From Eledone cirrhosa (lineage: Eukaryota): a stretch of 64,000 bases of DNA. This document shows positions 40,885-54,213 of the stretch, piece by piece; within the stretch, counting starts at the first letter, position 1, and every line of letters begins with the position of its first letter. The notes beneath the pieces were generated by a model. The model was given only the letters and a program-made list of their open reading frames with translations. It ran no database searches and was not told where the DNA came from. The stretch covers positions 24,304,001 to 24,368,000 of the forward strand of contig OZ024752.1 in NCBI GenBank assembly GCA_964016885.1, in the 5' to 3' direction. A program made the translations under genes and the position numbers.

Positions 40885-41171
40885 TAATAAAGACTTTTGA
40901 TGTATTGAAGGCTTCTTTGGTTTATTTTTTTATAATTTTTATAATTTATAATTTATATATATATATATATATATGTAGATAAATCTACCAAGAGTTTACG
41001 GTAGTGTCCAATCCGTATGAAGAACTCAATGTAATCCGGATATCATGGAAAGAAGAGATGCAATGAAAAATCACTTTCGGTGAAAGATAAACGGAATACA
41101 GAGTCAAGATAAAATATTAAAAAAATAATGAATAAAACAATGAAACAGTTCCTTATATTAAACAAAAAAAG

Positions 41172-41326
41172 TTCATTATTTAACGATCGTTTCTAGGATA
41201 TATATGTGTTAGAATTGGCATGCATATTCAACAGATCTATGTACAAAATTATACAAAATTATACAAACTATCAAAATTAAATATACATACCAAACACATA
41301 TATATGCCGTCTTCAGAAATAATGAA
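41172..41326 (-). ncRNA. Type I hammerhead ribozyme with very long stem II (family D)
   Basis: Reverse complement of 50157-50311. Confidence 0.72.
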
Positions 41327-41947
41327 ATATATTTATTGATAATAACAACAATTCAAAATTTCAGGTCCGTTTGGGAACAGAGTTCAAATTGACCAATGAA
41401 AATACAAAAAATTTTATGCAGTTAGGTGTGTGTATATACATGTAATTAACTTCGTACACATATTTGCATAAAGATATATGTTCACATGCATACGCATGCC
41501 AAAAAGATGTATGTAAATACAAAAATTCAAGGCTAATGTCTCTGTAAGTTTATAATCTACAGATAAAATGCGTATAGACACATAAATATAAAATAAATGT
41601 ATACACACATTCATATACTCACACATATTCGTACACTCACACACACACGCGCGTATATGCATAAACATACACATAACTACGAACATACATACACACACAC
41701 ACCCCCACACACATATATATGTGTATATAGTATTATCATAAGCATATGGACATTAATGCACGCACATAAACACTGCCACACATATTTAGATCAGGATACA
41801 GAAATTAGGTGGGAGGGGGGGAGAGGTCAGTATTCAACGGTGTCGGCAGACTGCCTATTTATAAATGTATCTATAAACTTAGAAATAAAAAGAAAAGAAA
41901 AAGAAAAAAGAAATATATCAAGAAAATATATATATATATATACACAC

Positions 41948-41980
<33 letters not shown>

Positions 41981-42330
41981 TATACATATACATATATATA
42001 TATATATATATACACATATATATACACACATATATACACACATATATACACACACATATATATATACATATACATACACATACATATATATATACAAACA
42101 AGTAAAATATAAAATATACATCGATATACATACATATAGACATATAAATAAATACACACGCATACACACACATACATATACATACATATACATACACATA
42201 TATACAAACACATACATACACATACATATACATACACATACCATATAAATACATATACACATACACACACGCATACATATAGAGACACATACATATACAC
42301 ATATAAATACATAGACACATACACACATAA

Positions 42331-42365
<35 letters not shown>

Positions 42366-42385
42366 TACACACATATACACATACA

Positions 42386-42452
<67 letters not shown>

Positions 42453-42531
42453 TCACAACACACGCATATATATACACACTCATACATATACACATATATA
42501 CATATATATACATACATATATATATATATAC

Positions 42532-42586
<55 letters not shown>

Positions 42587-42714
42587 CACATCTACACACA
42601 TATATATATAAACACACTCATATATATACACACATACACATACATACCCACATATAAATATATATATATATATATATAAAATATATATATACACACATAC
42701 ACACACATACACAT

Positions 42715-42749
<35 letters not shown>

Positions 42750-42859
42750 CACACACATACACATATACACACATACATATATACACACACACACACCTAC
42801 ACATACATACACATACACATATATAAAGATATATATACACACACACACACACACATATA

Positions 42860-42894
<35 letters not shown>

Positions 42895-43188
42895 CATATA
42901 TATATACATACATATATATACATATATATATATATATATACATACACACATACACACATACATACATACACACACACATACATACACACACATACATACT
43001 CATACATAGACATAGATATATACTCACACACACATACGCACTTACATATACGCATATATACAAATACATACACATACATATATGCGTATATACATACAAA
43101 CACCACTACACGCTCACACAACTCAGACATACAAAGAAAAAGGTATATACATACACATATATACACATATAAATAGAGATACATATAC

Positions 43189-43219
<31 letters not shown>

Positions 43220-43292
43220 CACACACGTACACACATAAACATACATACATACACATACATACACACATACATATATATATACACACACACAA

Positions 43293-43357
<65 letters not shown>

Positions 43358-43519
43358 CACATACATACATATACATATGCACACACATACATACATACAT
43401 ACATACACATACACATACATATATATAAAAAAATAAAGAAATAAGATAAATAAAAAAAAATAAATAAATAAATAAATTAATACACACAGTCAGACAAATA
43501 TGCACACACATACATATAC

Positions 43520-43552
<33 letters not shown>

Positions 43553-43628
43553 TACACACACATACATATATATACACATACATACACACACACATATATA
43601 TACATACATATACACACATCAACTACAA

Positions 43629-43670
<42 letters not shown>

Positions 43671-43677
43671 TACATAT

Positions 43678-43715
<38 letters not shown>

Positions 43716-43959
43716 AATAAATAATATATATATATATATATATATAGACATACATATATATATACACACACACTCACATATATATGCGCACATACGTACA
43801 CATATACACATACAGAGATATACACATAGACATATACATGTGCATACATGTACATACACACATATACCCACATAGATACAAAGATACACATATATATAGA
43901 GAGACATACATATACACACACATATATACACACACATATATACACATATATATATACAT

Positions 43960-44002
<43 letters not shown>

Positions 44003-45199
44003 ATCATACACCCTTATTTGCATGCGCATATATGTATTTTTATACTCACATATAAACACCCAAACATATATACCTACCTACATATACATACATACATACA
44101 CGCTTACAAATACAAATAATAATAGTAGGGGGGGAGGGGGGGGGGGGGGGAGAAGGGGATTATAGTAAATATATGTTTCAAGAAACATAGAATATTAATC
44201 TGCATTTAGATCACAATATGTGTTTACATAGTTTCAGTATTAGGAAATGCAAGAAAGAAGGCAAAACTATGCATTTCAATATAAGTATACCATTAATTAT
44301 AGGTTAACTAAACTAAAGATAGTTAATATATTGATTTCTAAGGTGTAAATTACTTAGGTTTATAATATTTGAAGCAGAATTTTGAAGTTAAATAGTAGTA
44401 GAGTATTAATTATAGTATAACTAAATTAAAATTATTAACGTTATGGTATCAATATTAGGAAATGAATTTAGTAATAGGGAAAAAACAAATAAAGTATTAC
44501 ATCGGTAGTAGAATATAAATTATAGGTTAACTAAATTAAAAATTATATATTAATTTCTATAGTATATGTTAATTAGGTATATAATAAATAAAACAGATAT
44601 TGTATTTTATCAATAGTAGAATATAATTATAGGTAAACAGAAATTAAAATTAATACATACACATATACATATACATACATATATATACACATATATATAC
44701 ATATATACACATACATATATATACATACATATACATATTTTTTCAAAAATTGCAAAGAATATATTAACTAGGTATACATCCAAAACCCATCCCATTCTAT
44801 GATTACATGACACTCTGCAATCCATCTGTATTAGGATACTATTTTTAAGCCAATTAAATTAAATTTTTAGGTTGACCAAATTTAAAACCAAATTATAAAT
44901 ATATTTCTAAAATGTATATTAATTAGGTCTATAATACTAAAAATTATTTCTCTGTCATTGAATACACGATATTTTGTTATATTTTATCTGTAAAGGAATT
45001 TTAATAAAGGGTTAAATAAATTAAAATTAATCTATAAATTAAATTACTAAGTATATATTAGTAATATTTAAAGGTTTTTCACAATTTATGATTACACAAT
45101 ATTTTATATTCTCATCTGTAGTAGAATTTTAATTAAATTAAATTTATAGGTTAACTAACATTTAAATTAAATTATATATTAATTTCTAAAATAATGTTA

Positions 45200-46807
45200 T
45201 TAATTAGGTTTATAATATTTAAATGTTTTTTTTAGTTTATGATTACACGATATAATTAATTCCTGTCGTTTATTTAATAGGATATCCTTAGATTTCATTA
45301 TTTCAAATAGTTCTTGGGAACATAATCTACATTCATTTCTATTATTTTGATAAGGGGTTGCTCTTTTGAGCACACTCCAGGTCAAATCATATTCTATATT
45401 CTTATTTTTATAACTATTGATTTTTTCTGCTAGAGATGTTGTATTAGCCAGTGCGGCATTTTTAAAACTATGTTTGTGGGTATTAAACCTTGTCTTAAAA
45501 TTGTTAGAAGTAGCTCCTATATATGAGCAAATAGAATCTTTAGTTTTAACATTACATTTATAAACTATGTTGTTAACAAGACAATTTCCTTTTAATGGGC
45601 AGTTTGCTTTGTTTCTACAGTTACAACCTTTCGTTAATTCTGTATTTGAGGAGATATTATGGTTAGTTTGATGTATTGGTGGTATACTTATGGTTTTCTT
45701 ACATTTATATGCATTATAGGCACTTATATTTTGTTTTATGTTATTTGTTGTTGAGTATGAGAATTTAACTGTAGACCTATTTAAGATTTGATGGTATTTG
45801 TGGTTTGACAGGAAGTTTTTCTCTAGGATATAAAAAAATTTTTTAGCAATATTATCCTTAATTTGTAAATTAAATGGAGCATTATACCAAGTAACCCGTC
45901 TATTACGGTTTCTATGTTGTTTATTATTTTTATTATTTTTATAGGTTGTATCGTGATGTTTACTAGGAGGATTAATGTTAATGATCTCACCACAACCATT
46001 TTTAGTTATATTTGTAGATTTAGGTGTTTTATCTTGTTTATTAGGAGTTTTATTATTAACATTTATTAGAGTTGTATGATGAGTAGTTTTTTGAGAGTTA
46101 CTATACTTTATATTAGAAGATTTGGTATTTTGGGGTATAGTGTGGGTGGCATTTAGGTGTGTACTTTTCATTTGGTGTTTGTTGGTAATATTAGGTTGTA
46201 TGATTTTAGTATTTTTAGTAGAAGGTATATATTCTAATCTATTTTTGTGGCCACTTCTATCTAGAGCTTCGTTATAGAAGGTCGCATTTTTATCAAATAC
46301 ATCTTGGTTAGAAGAAAGGTTAGAAATTCTAAGTGATATATTATATGCAAGGTTTTTAAGGATAGATTTAGGGTGATTAGATTCTGAGTGTATGTAATGT
46401 AAGTTTTGGTTGGGTTTATGGTAAGGTTGGTAGATACCCGTAGCTAAGTCTAAAGTTATATCTAGGAAATTTACTACTTTACTTGTTTTTTCAAAAGTAA
46501 TATGAAGACTATAATAGTCTTTAAGGAAAGTTCTAATATGCTTTTTGTTTTTTTCTATTTCTGAAAGGCTAAGGTTGTTGGAAAGAAGAAGACAGTCATC
46601 ACGATATAAACCACCTTTAAGGTGGGGAAAGGAGGCATTTATGTTGAAAAGGAGAAAGAGGCCCACAAGATCAGTAATTTGGGCGGAATCGCTTGAACCC
46701 ATAGTAATATCAAATAGATTACTATATGTGTTTCTGGTCCAGTATTCATTCTGAAATTCAATAAGTGTTAGTCTAGCATGTGTAATAATATTAATGTCAT
46801 CCAAAGT
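45200..46807 (-). pseudogene. 5'-truncated PLE D RT/GIY-YIG ORF (open to the stop)
   Basis: Nearly identical protein to residues ~287-820 of 54214-56676; YRDDCL. Confidence 0.9.
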
Positions 46808-46848
46808 ATAAAAATACATATATGCGCACGCAAATAAGGGTGTATGAT

Positions 46849-46909
<61 letters not shown>

Positions 46910-47148
46910 ATGTATATATATATGTGTATATATGTGTGTGTATATATGTGTGTGTATATGTATGTCTCTCTATATATATGTGTATCTTTGTATCTATGTG
47001 GGTATATGTGTGTATGTACATGTATGCACATGTATATGTCTATGTGTATATCTGTGTATGTGTATATGTGTACGTATGTGCGCATATATATGTGAGTGTG
47101 TGTGTATATATATGTATGTCTATATATATATATATATATTATTTATTA

Positions 47149-47187
<39 letters not shown>

Positions 47188-47194
47188 ATATGTA

Positions 47195-47227
<33 letters not shown>

Positions 47228-47496
47228 TATATATTTGTAGTTGATGTGTGTATATGTATGTATATATGTGTGTGTGTATGTATGTGTATATATATGTATG
47301 TGTGTGTGTATGTGTGTGTGTGTATATATATATATGTATATGTATGTGTGTGCATATTTGTCTGACTGTGTGTATTAATTTATTTATTTATTTTTTTTTT
47401 TTATTTATCTTATTTCTTTATTTTTTTATATATATGTATGTGTATGTGTATGTATGTATGTATGTATGTGTGTGCATATGTATATGTATGTATGTG

Positions 47497-47575
<79 letters not shown>

Positions 47576-47648
47576 TTGTGTGTGTGTATATATATATGTA
47601 TGTGTGTATGTATGTGTATGTATGTATGTTTATGTGTGTACGTGTGTG

Positions 47649-47680
<32 letters not shown>

Positions 47681-47969
47681 TGTATATGTATCTCTATTTA
47701 TATGTGTATATATGTGTATGTATATACCTTTTTCTTTGTATGTCTGAGTTGTGTGAGCGTGTAGTGGTGTTTGTATGTATATACGCATATATGGATGTGT
47801 ATGTATTTGTATATATGCGTATATGTAAGTGCGTATGTGTGTGTGAGTATATATCTATGTCTATGTATGAGTATGTATGGGTGTGTATGTATGTGTGTGT
47901 GTATGTATGTATGTGTGTATGTGTGTATGTATATATATATATATATATGTATATATATGTATGTATATA

Positions 47970-48014
<45 letters not shown>

Positions 48015-48124
48015 TATATGTGTGTGTGTGTGTGTGTATATATATCTTTATATATGTGTATGTGTATGTATGTGTAGGTGTGTGTGTGTGTATATATGTA
48101 TGTGTGTATATGTGTATGTGTGTG

Positions 48125-48179
<55 letters not shown>

Positions 48180-48307
48180 ATGTGTATGTGTGTGTATGTG
48201 TGTATATATATATTTTATATATATATATATATATATTTATATGTGGGTATGTATGTGTATGTGTGTATATATATGAGTGTGTTTATATATATATGTGTGT
48301 AGATGTG

Positions 48308-48354
<47 letters not shown>

Positions 48355-48431
48355 GTATATATATATATGTATGTATATATATGTATATATGTGTATATGT
48401 ATGAGTGTGTATATATATACGTGTGTTGTGA

Positions 48432-48480
<49 letters not shown>

Positions 48481-48505
48481 CGTGTATGTGTATATGTGTG
48501 TAAAA

Positions 48506-48539
<34 letters not shown>

Positions 48540-48850
48540 TTATGTGTGTATGTGTCTATGTATTTATATGTGTATATGTATGTGTCTCTATATGTATGCG
48601 TGTGTGTATGTGTATATGTATTTATATGGTATGTGTATGTATATGTATGTGTATGTATGTGTTTGTATATATGTGTATGTATATGTATGTATATGTATGT
48701 GTGTGTATGCGTGTGTATTTATTTATATGTCTATATGTATGTATATCGATGTATATTTTATATTTTACTTGTTTGTATATATATATGTATGTGTATGTAT
48801 ATGTATATATATATGTGTGTGTATATGTGTGTGTATATATGTGTGTATAT

Positions 48851-48882
<32 letters not shown>

Positions 48883-48930
48883 GTATATGTGTGTGTGTGT
48901 GTGTATGTGTGTGTGTATATATATATATTA

Positions 48931-49540
48931 TGTCAGGTCACCAGTTGGTGCTACTGGTAACATGTATCCCAGTACAACCTGTCCCATGGTCGGGTCGTTG
49001 GCGACTAAACTGGCAACCCCACCAAGGTTTCTTGGTGAGGAGGGTGACTTTGGACATCCTGCAGGATTAAAAACAAGACCTGTCAAAGGGCAAAGGAGCT
49101 CTTAAGAGTCAATGGCCATCCAAAATCACCGGGAGAGATGACCCCTTAGCCTTTGTCAAGGCAGAATTCTAGGAGAAGGAAAACTCTGATATAACACCTG
49201 CAACTCTGATGGTATCCAATGATGTTGACTTGTTCTTCTTTTTGGTAAATATCATCTTGGTTAAGAGAGTGGGACTGGCTTTGTGCAGTGCCTTTGCTCA
49301 CTATAAAAGCTTCACGGCACAGGCATTGCTTTATATCTGGAGATCTCTCTGCACTTGTCGTCACAGGGTACCATGGCCCCAGCACTATGTGTCAATATTT
49401 GTCACAAGTGTAGTGTTTGTACCAGAGTTTTCAAGTCGCTGGCTGGACTAAAAGGTCACACTCGTTCAGTGCATCGGTAGGGGTTCTCCTATATGGATAT
49501 AAAGTAGTGGCCGTACTCGAAAACGAGTTGGCAGCCACCA
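48931..49540. mobile_element. Non-autonomous ~600-bp repeat (copy 2) nested in a TA run of the PLE D1 inverted arm
   Basis: Matches 1989-2539; absent from the mirror arm at ~41925-41945. Confidence 0.75.
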
Positions 49541-50156
49541 TATATATATATATATTTTCTTGATATATTTCTTTTTTCTTTTTCTTTTCTTTTTATTTCT
49601 AAGTTTATAGATACATTTATAAATAGGCAGTCTGCCGACACCGTTGAATACTGACCTCTCCCCCCCTGCCACCTAATTTCTGTATCCTGATCTAAATATG
49701 TGTGGCAGTGTTTATGTGCGTGCATTAATGTCCATATGCTTATGATAATACTATATACACACATATATATGTGTGTGGGGGTGTGTGTGTGTATGTATGT
49801 TCGTAGTTATGTGTATGTTTATGCATATACGCGCGTGTGTGTGTGAGTGTACGAATATGTGTGAGTATATGAATGTGTGTGTACATTTATTTTATATTTA
49901 TGTGTCTATACGCATTTTATCTGTAGATTATAAACTTACAGAGACATTAGCCTTGAATTTTTGTATTTACATACATCTTTTTGGCATGCGTATGCATGTG
50001 AACATATATCTTTATGAAAATATGTGTACGAAGTTAATTACATGTATATACACACACCTAACTGCATAAAATTTTTTGTATTTTCATTGGTCAATTTGAA
50101 CTCTGTTCCCAAACGGACCTGAAATTTTGAATTGTTGTTATTATCAATAAATATAT

Positions 50157-50311
50157 TTCATTATTTCTGAAGACGGCATATATATGTGTTTGGTATGTAT
50201 ATTTAATTTTGATAGTTTGTATAATTTTGTATAATTTTGTACATAGATCTGTTGAATATGCATGCCAATTCTAACACATATATATCCTAGAAACGATCGT
50301 TAAATAATGAA
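50157..50311 (+). ncRNA. Type I hammerhead ribozyme with very long stem II (family D)
   Basis: uucauuauuu CUGAAGA cggc-auauauauguguu..~80 nt..aacacauauauau-ccua GAAA cgaucg UU aaauaaugaa; perfect 10-bp stem I, palindromic stem III. Confidence 0.75.
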
Positions 50312-50365
50312 CTTTTTTTGTTTAATATAAGGAACTGTTTCATTGTTTTATTCATTATTTTTTTA

Positions 50366-50411
<46 letters not shown>

Positions 50412-50465
50412 TAAACAAATAATGAATAAAACAATGAAACAGTTCCTTATATTAAACAAAAAAAG

Positions 50466-50620
50466 TTCATTATTTAACGATCGTTTCTAGGATATATATG
50501 TGTTAGAATTGGCATGCATATTCAACAGATCTATGTACAAAATTATACAAAATTATACAAACTATCAAGATTAAATATACATACCAAACACACATATACG
50601 CCGTCTTCAGAAATAACGAA
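50466..50620 (-). ncRNA. Hammerhead ribozyme, family D 3' pLTR
   Basis: Same architecture as 50157-50311; A to G change in stem I keeps a G-U pair. Confidence 0.7.
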
Positions 50621-51255
50621 ATATATTTATTGATAATAACAACAATTCAAAATTTCAGGTCCGTTTGGGAACAAAATTGACCAATGAAAATACAAAAGGT
50701 TTTATGCAGTTTGGTGTGTGTATATACATGTAACTACCCCGTACACATATTTATACAAAGATGTATGCTCAAAATGCATACGCATGCCAAAAAGATGCAT
50801 GCAAATACAAAATTTCAAGGTTAATGTCTCTGTAAGTTTATAATGCACAGATAAGATGCGTATAGACACATAAATATGAAATAAGTGTATACACATATTC
50901 TCATACTCACACATATCCGTACACTCACACACACGCGCGCGTATATGCATAAACATACACATAATTACGAACATACATACACACACACACCCCCACACAC
51001 ATATATATATGTGGATATAATATTATCATAAGCACATGGATATTAATTCACTCACATAAACACTGCCACACACATTTAGATCAAGATACAGAAATTAGGT
51101 GGGAGGGGGGGAGAGGTCAGTATTCAACGGTTTGGGCAGACTGCTTATTTATAGATGTATCTATAAACTAAGAAATAAAAAATAAAAATTAAAAAGGAAA
51201 GAAAAGAAAAAGAAAAAAGAAAAAAGAAATATATCAAGAAAATATATATATATAA

Positions 51256-51328
<73 letters not shown>

Positions 51329-51416
51329 CACACATCTACACTTAGAACACACATACACACACATATATAAACATATACATATACACACATACACACATAT
51401 ACACACATACATATAA

Positions 51417-51449
<33 letters not shown>

Positions 51450-51964
51450 TACACATATAATCACACATACATATATAGACACACATATATATACACATAC
51501 ACGCTCATATACATACACATACATACTTATATACATACAGATATACACATACATACCTATATATACACACAAATACATACAGACATACATACATACATAC
51601 ACACAAATACTTACGCATCCATATATCGGTATATACATACAAACACCACTACACTCTCACACAACTCAGACATACAAAGAAAAAGGTATATAGCTATACA
51701 CATATACACATACAAATAGAGATACATATACATATATATATATATATACACATTTATATATATATATATACATACACATATACACACATATATATACATA
51801 CACATACATACATGTACACACACATACATATACATACATACACACATACACACATACATATATAGTCATACACACACATACACCTACACGAACATACACA
51901 TACACATATATAAAGATAAATATACACACACACACATACACACACACACATATATATAAAATAA

Positions 51965-52021
<57 letters not shown>

Positions 52022-52634
52022 CACATATACATAGACATATATGTACATACATACACATACATACATACATATACACACATACATATATATATATACACAC
52101 ATAGACACATACATACATACACACACAACATACATACACACACATATATACTCATACATAGACATAGATATATATTCATACATACATACGCACTTACATA
52201 TACTCATATATACAAATACATACGCATCCATATATGCGTATATACATACAAACACCATTAAACTCTCACACAACTCAGACATACAAAGAAAAAGGTATAT
52301 ACATATACATATATACACACATTAATAGAGATACATATACACATATATATATATATATACACATACATTTATATATATACACCCACACACACATACAACC
52401 ATAAACACACATACAAACACACACATACACACATATATACATACATATATATACACACACACAAAAAACACACATACACATATATATTTTTTTACACATA
52501 TATATACATATATATACATATACACACCCTCACATATACACACATACACATAAGTTATATTATAATAATAAATAATATATATATATATATATATACACAT
52601 ACGAATATAGACATATATACACACATAGATATAC

Positions 52635-52668
<34 letters not shown>

Positions 52669-52836
52669 TCACATATATATGTGCGCACACGTACATATAT
52701 ACACATACACACATATACACATAAACATATACATGTGCATACATGTACATACACACATATACCCACATAGATACGAAGATAGACATATATATAGAGAGAC
52801 ATACATATATATACACATATATATATATACATACAT

Positions 52837-52881
<45 letters not shown>

Positions 52882-53670
52882 TACACGCCCACACACATAT
52901 ACACATATACACATATATATATATATACATATACACATATATATACACATGCATATATACACATATATATATATATACACACATATATATACACACAATC
53001 TTACATTCTTATTTGCATGCGCATATATGTATTTTTATATTCAGATATAAATACCCAAACATATATACACCTACCTACATATATATTCATACATACACGC
53101 TTACAAACACAGATGATAATAGTATGGGGGAAAGGGGGGGGGAGGGGATTATAGTAAATATATGTTTCAAGAAACATAGAATATTATCTGTATCTGGATC
53201 CCAATATATGTTTTTACATAGATTCAGTGTTAGGAAATACAAGAAATAAGGCAAAATTATGCATTTCAAAATAAGTATGCCATTAATTATATGTTAACTA
53301 AACTAAAGATAGTTAACATATTGATTTCTAAGGTGTAAATTAGTTAGGTTTATAATATTTGAAGCAGAATTTTGAAGTTAAATAGTAGTAGAGTATTAAT
53401 TATAGTATAACTAAATTAAAGTTATTAACGTTATGGTATCAATATTAGGAAATGGATTTAGTAATAGGGAAAAAACAAATAAAGTATTACATCGGTAGTA
53501 GAATATAAATTATAGGTTAACTAAATTAAAAATTATATATTAATTTCTATAGTATATGTTAATTAGGTATATAATAAATAAAACAGATATTGTATTTTAT
53601 CAATAGCAGAATATAATTATATGCAAATAGAAATTAAAATTAATACATATACATATACATATACATACAC

Positions 53671-53721
<51 letters not shown>

Positions 53722-54213
53722 TACATACACATACATATACATACATACATATACATATTTTTTAAAAAATTGCAAAGAATATATTAACTAGGTATACATC
53801 CAAAACACATCCCATTCTATGATTACATGACACTCTGCAATCGGTCTGTATAAGGATACTAATTTTAAGCCAATTAAATTAAATTTTTAGGTTGACTAAA
53901 TTTAAAACCAAATTATAAATATATTTCTAAAATGTATATTAATTAGGTCTATAATACTAAAAATTATTTCTCTGTCATTGGATACACGATATTTTGTTAT
54001 ATTTTATCTGTAAAGGAATTTTAATAAAAGGTTTAAATAAATTAAAATTAATCTATAAATTAAATTACTAAGTCTATATTAGTAATATTTAAAGGTTTTT
54101 CACAATTTATGATTACACAATATTTTATATTCTCATCTGTAGTAGAATTTTAATTAAATTAAATTTATAGGTTAACTAACATTTAAATTAAATTAATTTC
54201 TAAAATAATGTTA

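Larger units (their letters stand above)
36333..40937. mobile_element. Penelope-like element family C: minus arm 36333-38810 (RT, 3' end lost into TA) and inverted plus arm 38805-40937 (GIY-YIG, 3' UTR, HHR)
   Basis: 38765-38810 is reverse complement of 40890-40937 (pLTR end); 38805-38943 is reverse complement of ~36333-36474. Confidence 0.88.
40973..50375. mobile_element. PLE family D copy D1: 5'-truncated minus arm (40973-46807) plus inverted 3'UTR arm (46805-50375) interrupted by an insertion
   Basis: 46805-48928 and 49541-50375 are reverse complements of ~41108-44046; AGT microhomology at the inversion point. Confidence 0.88.

Noticed and set aside
48931-49020. Possible HDV-like ribozyme at the start of the RTE-5'UTR-like repeat (ccagt..ggg tcg-ttgg-cga ctaa actgg)
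   Set aside because: P2/P4-like pieces are visible but I could not build P1 and P3/L3 consistently; needs a covariance-model search
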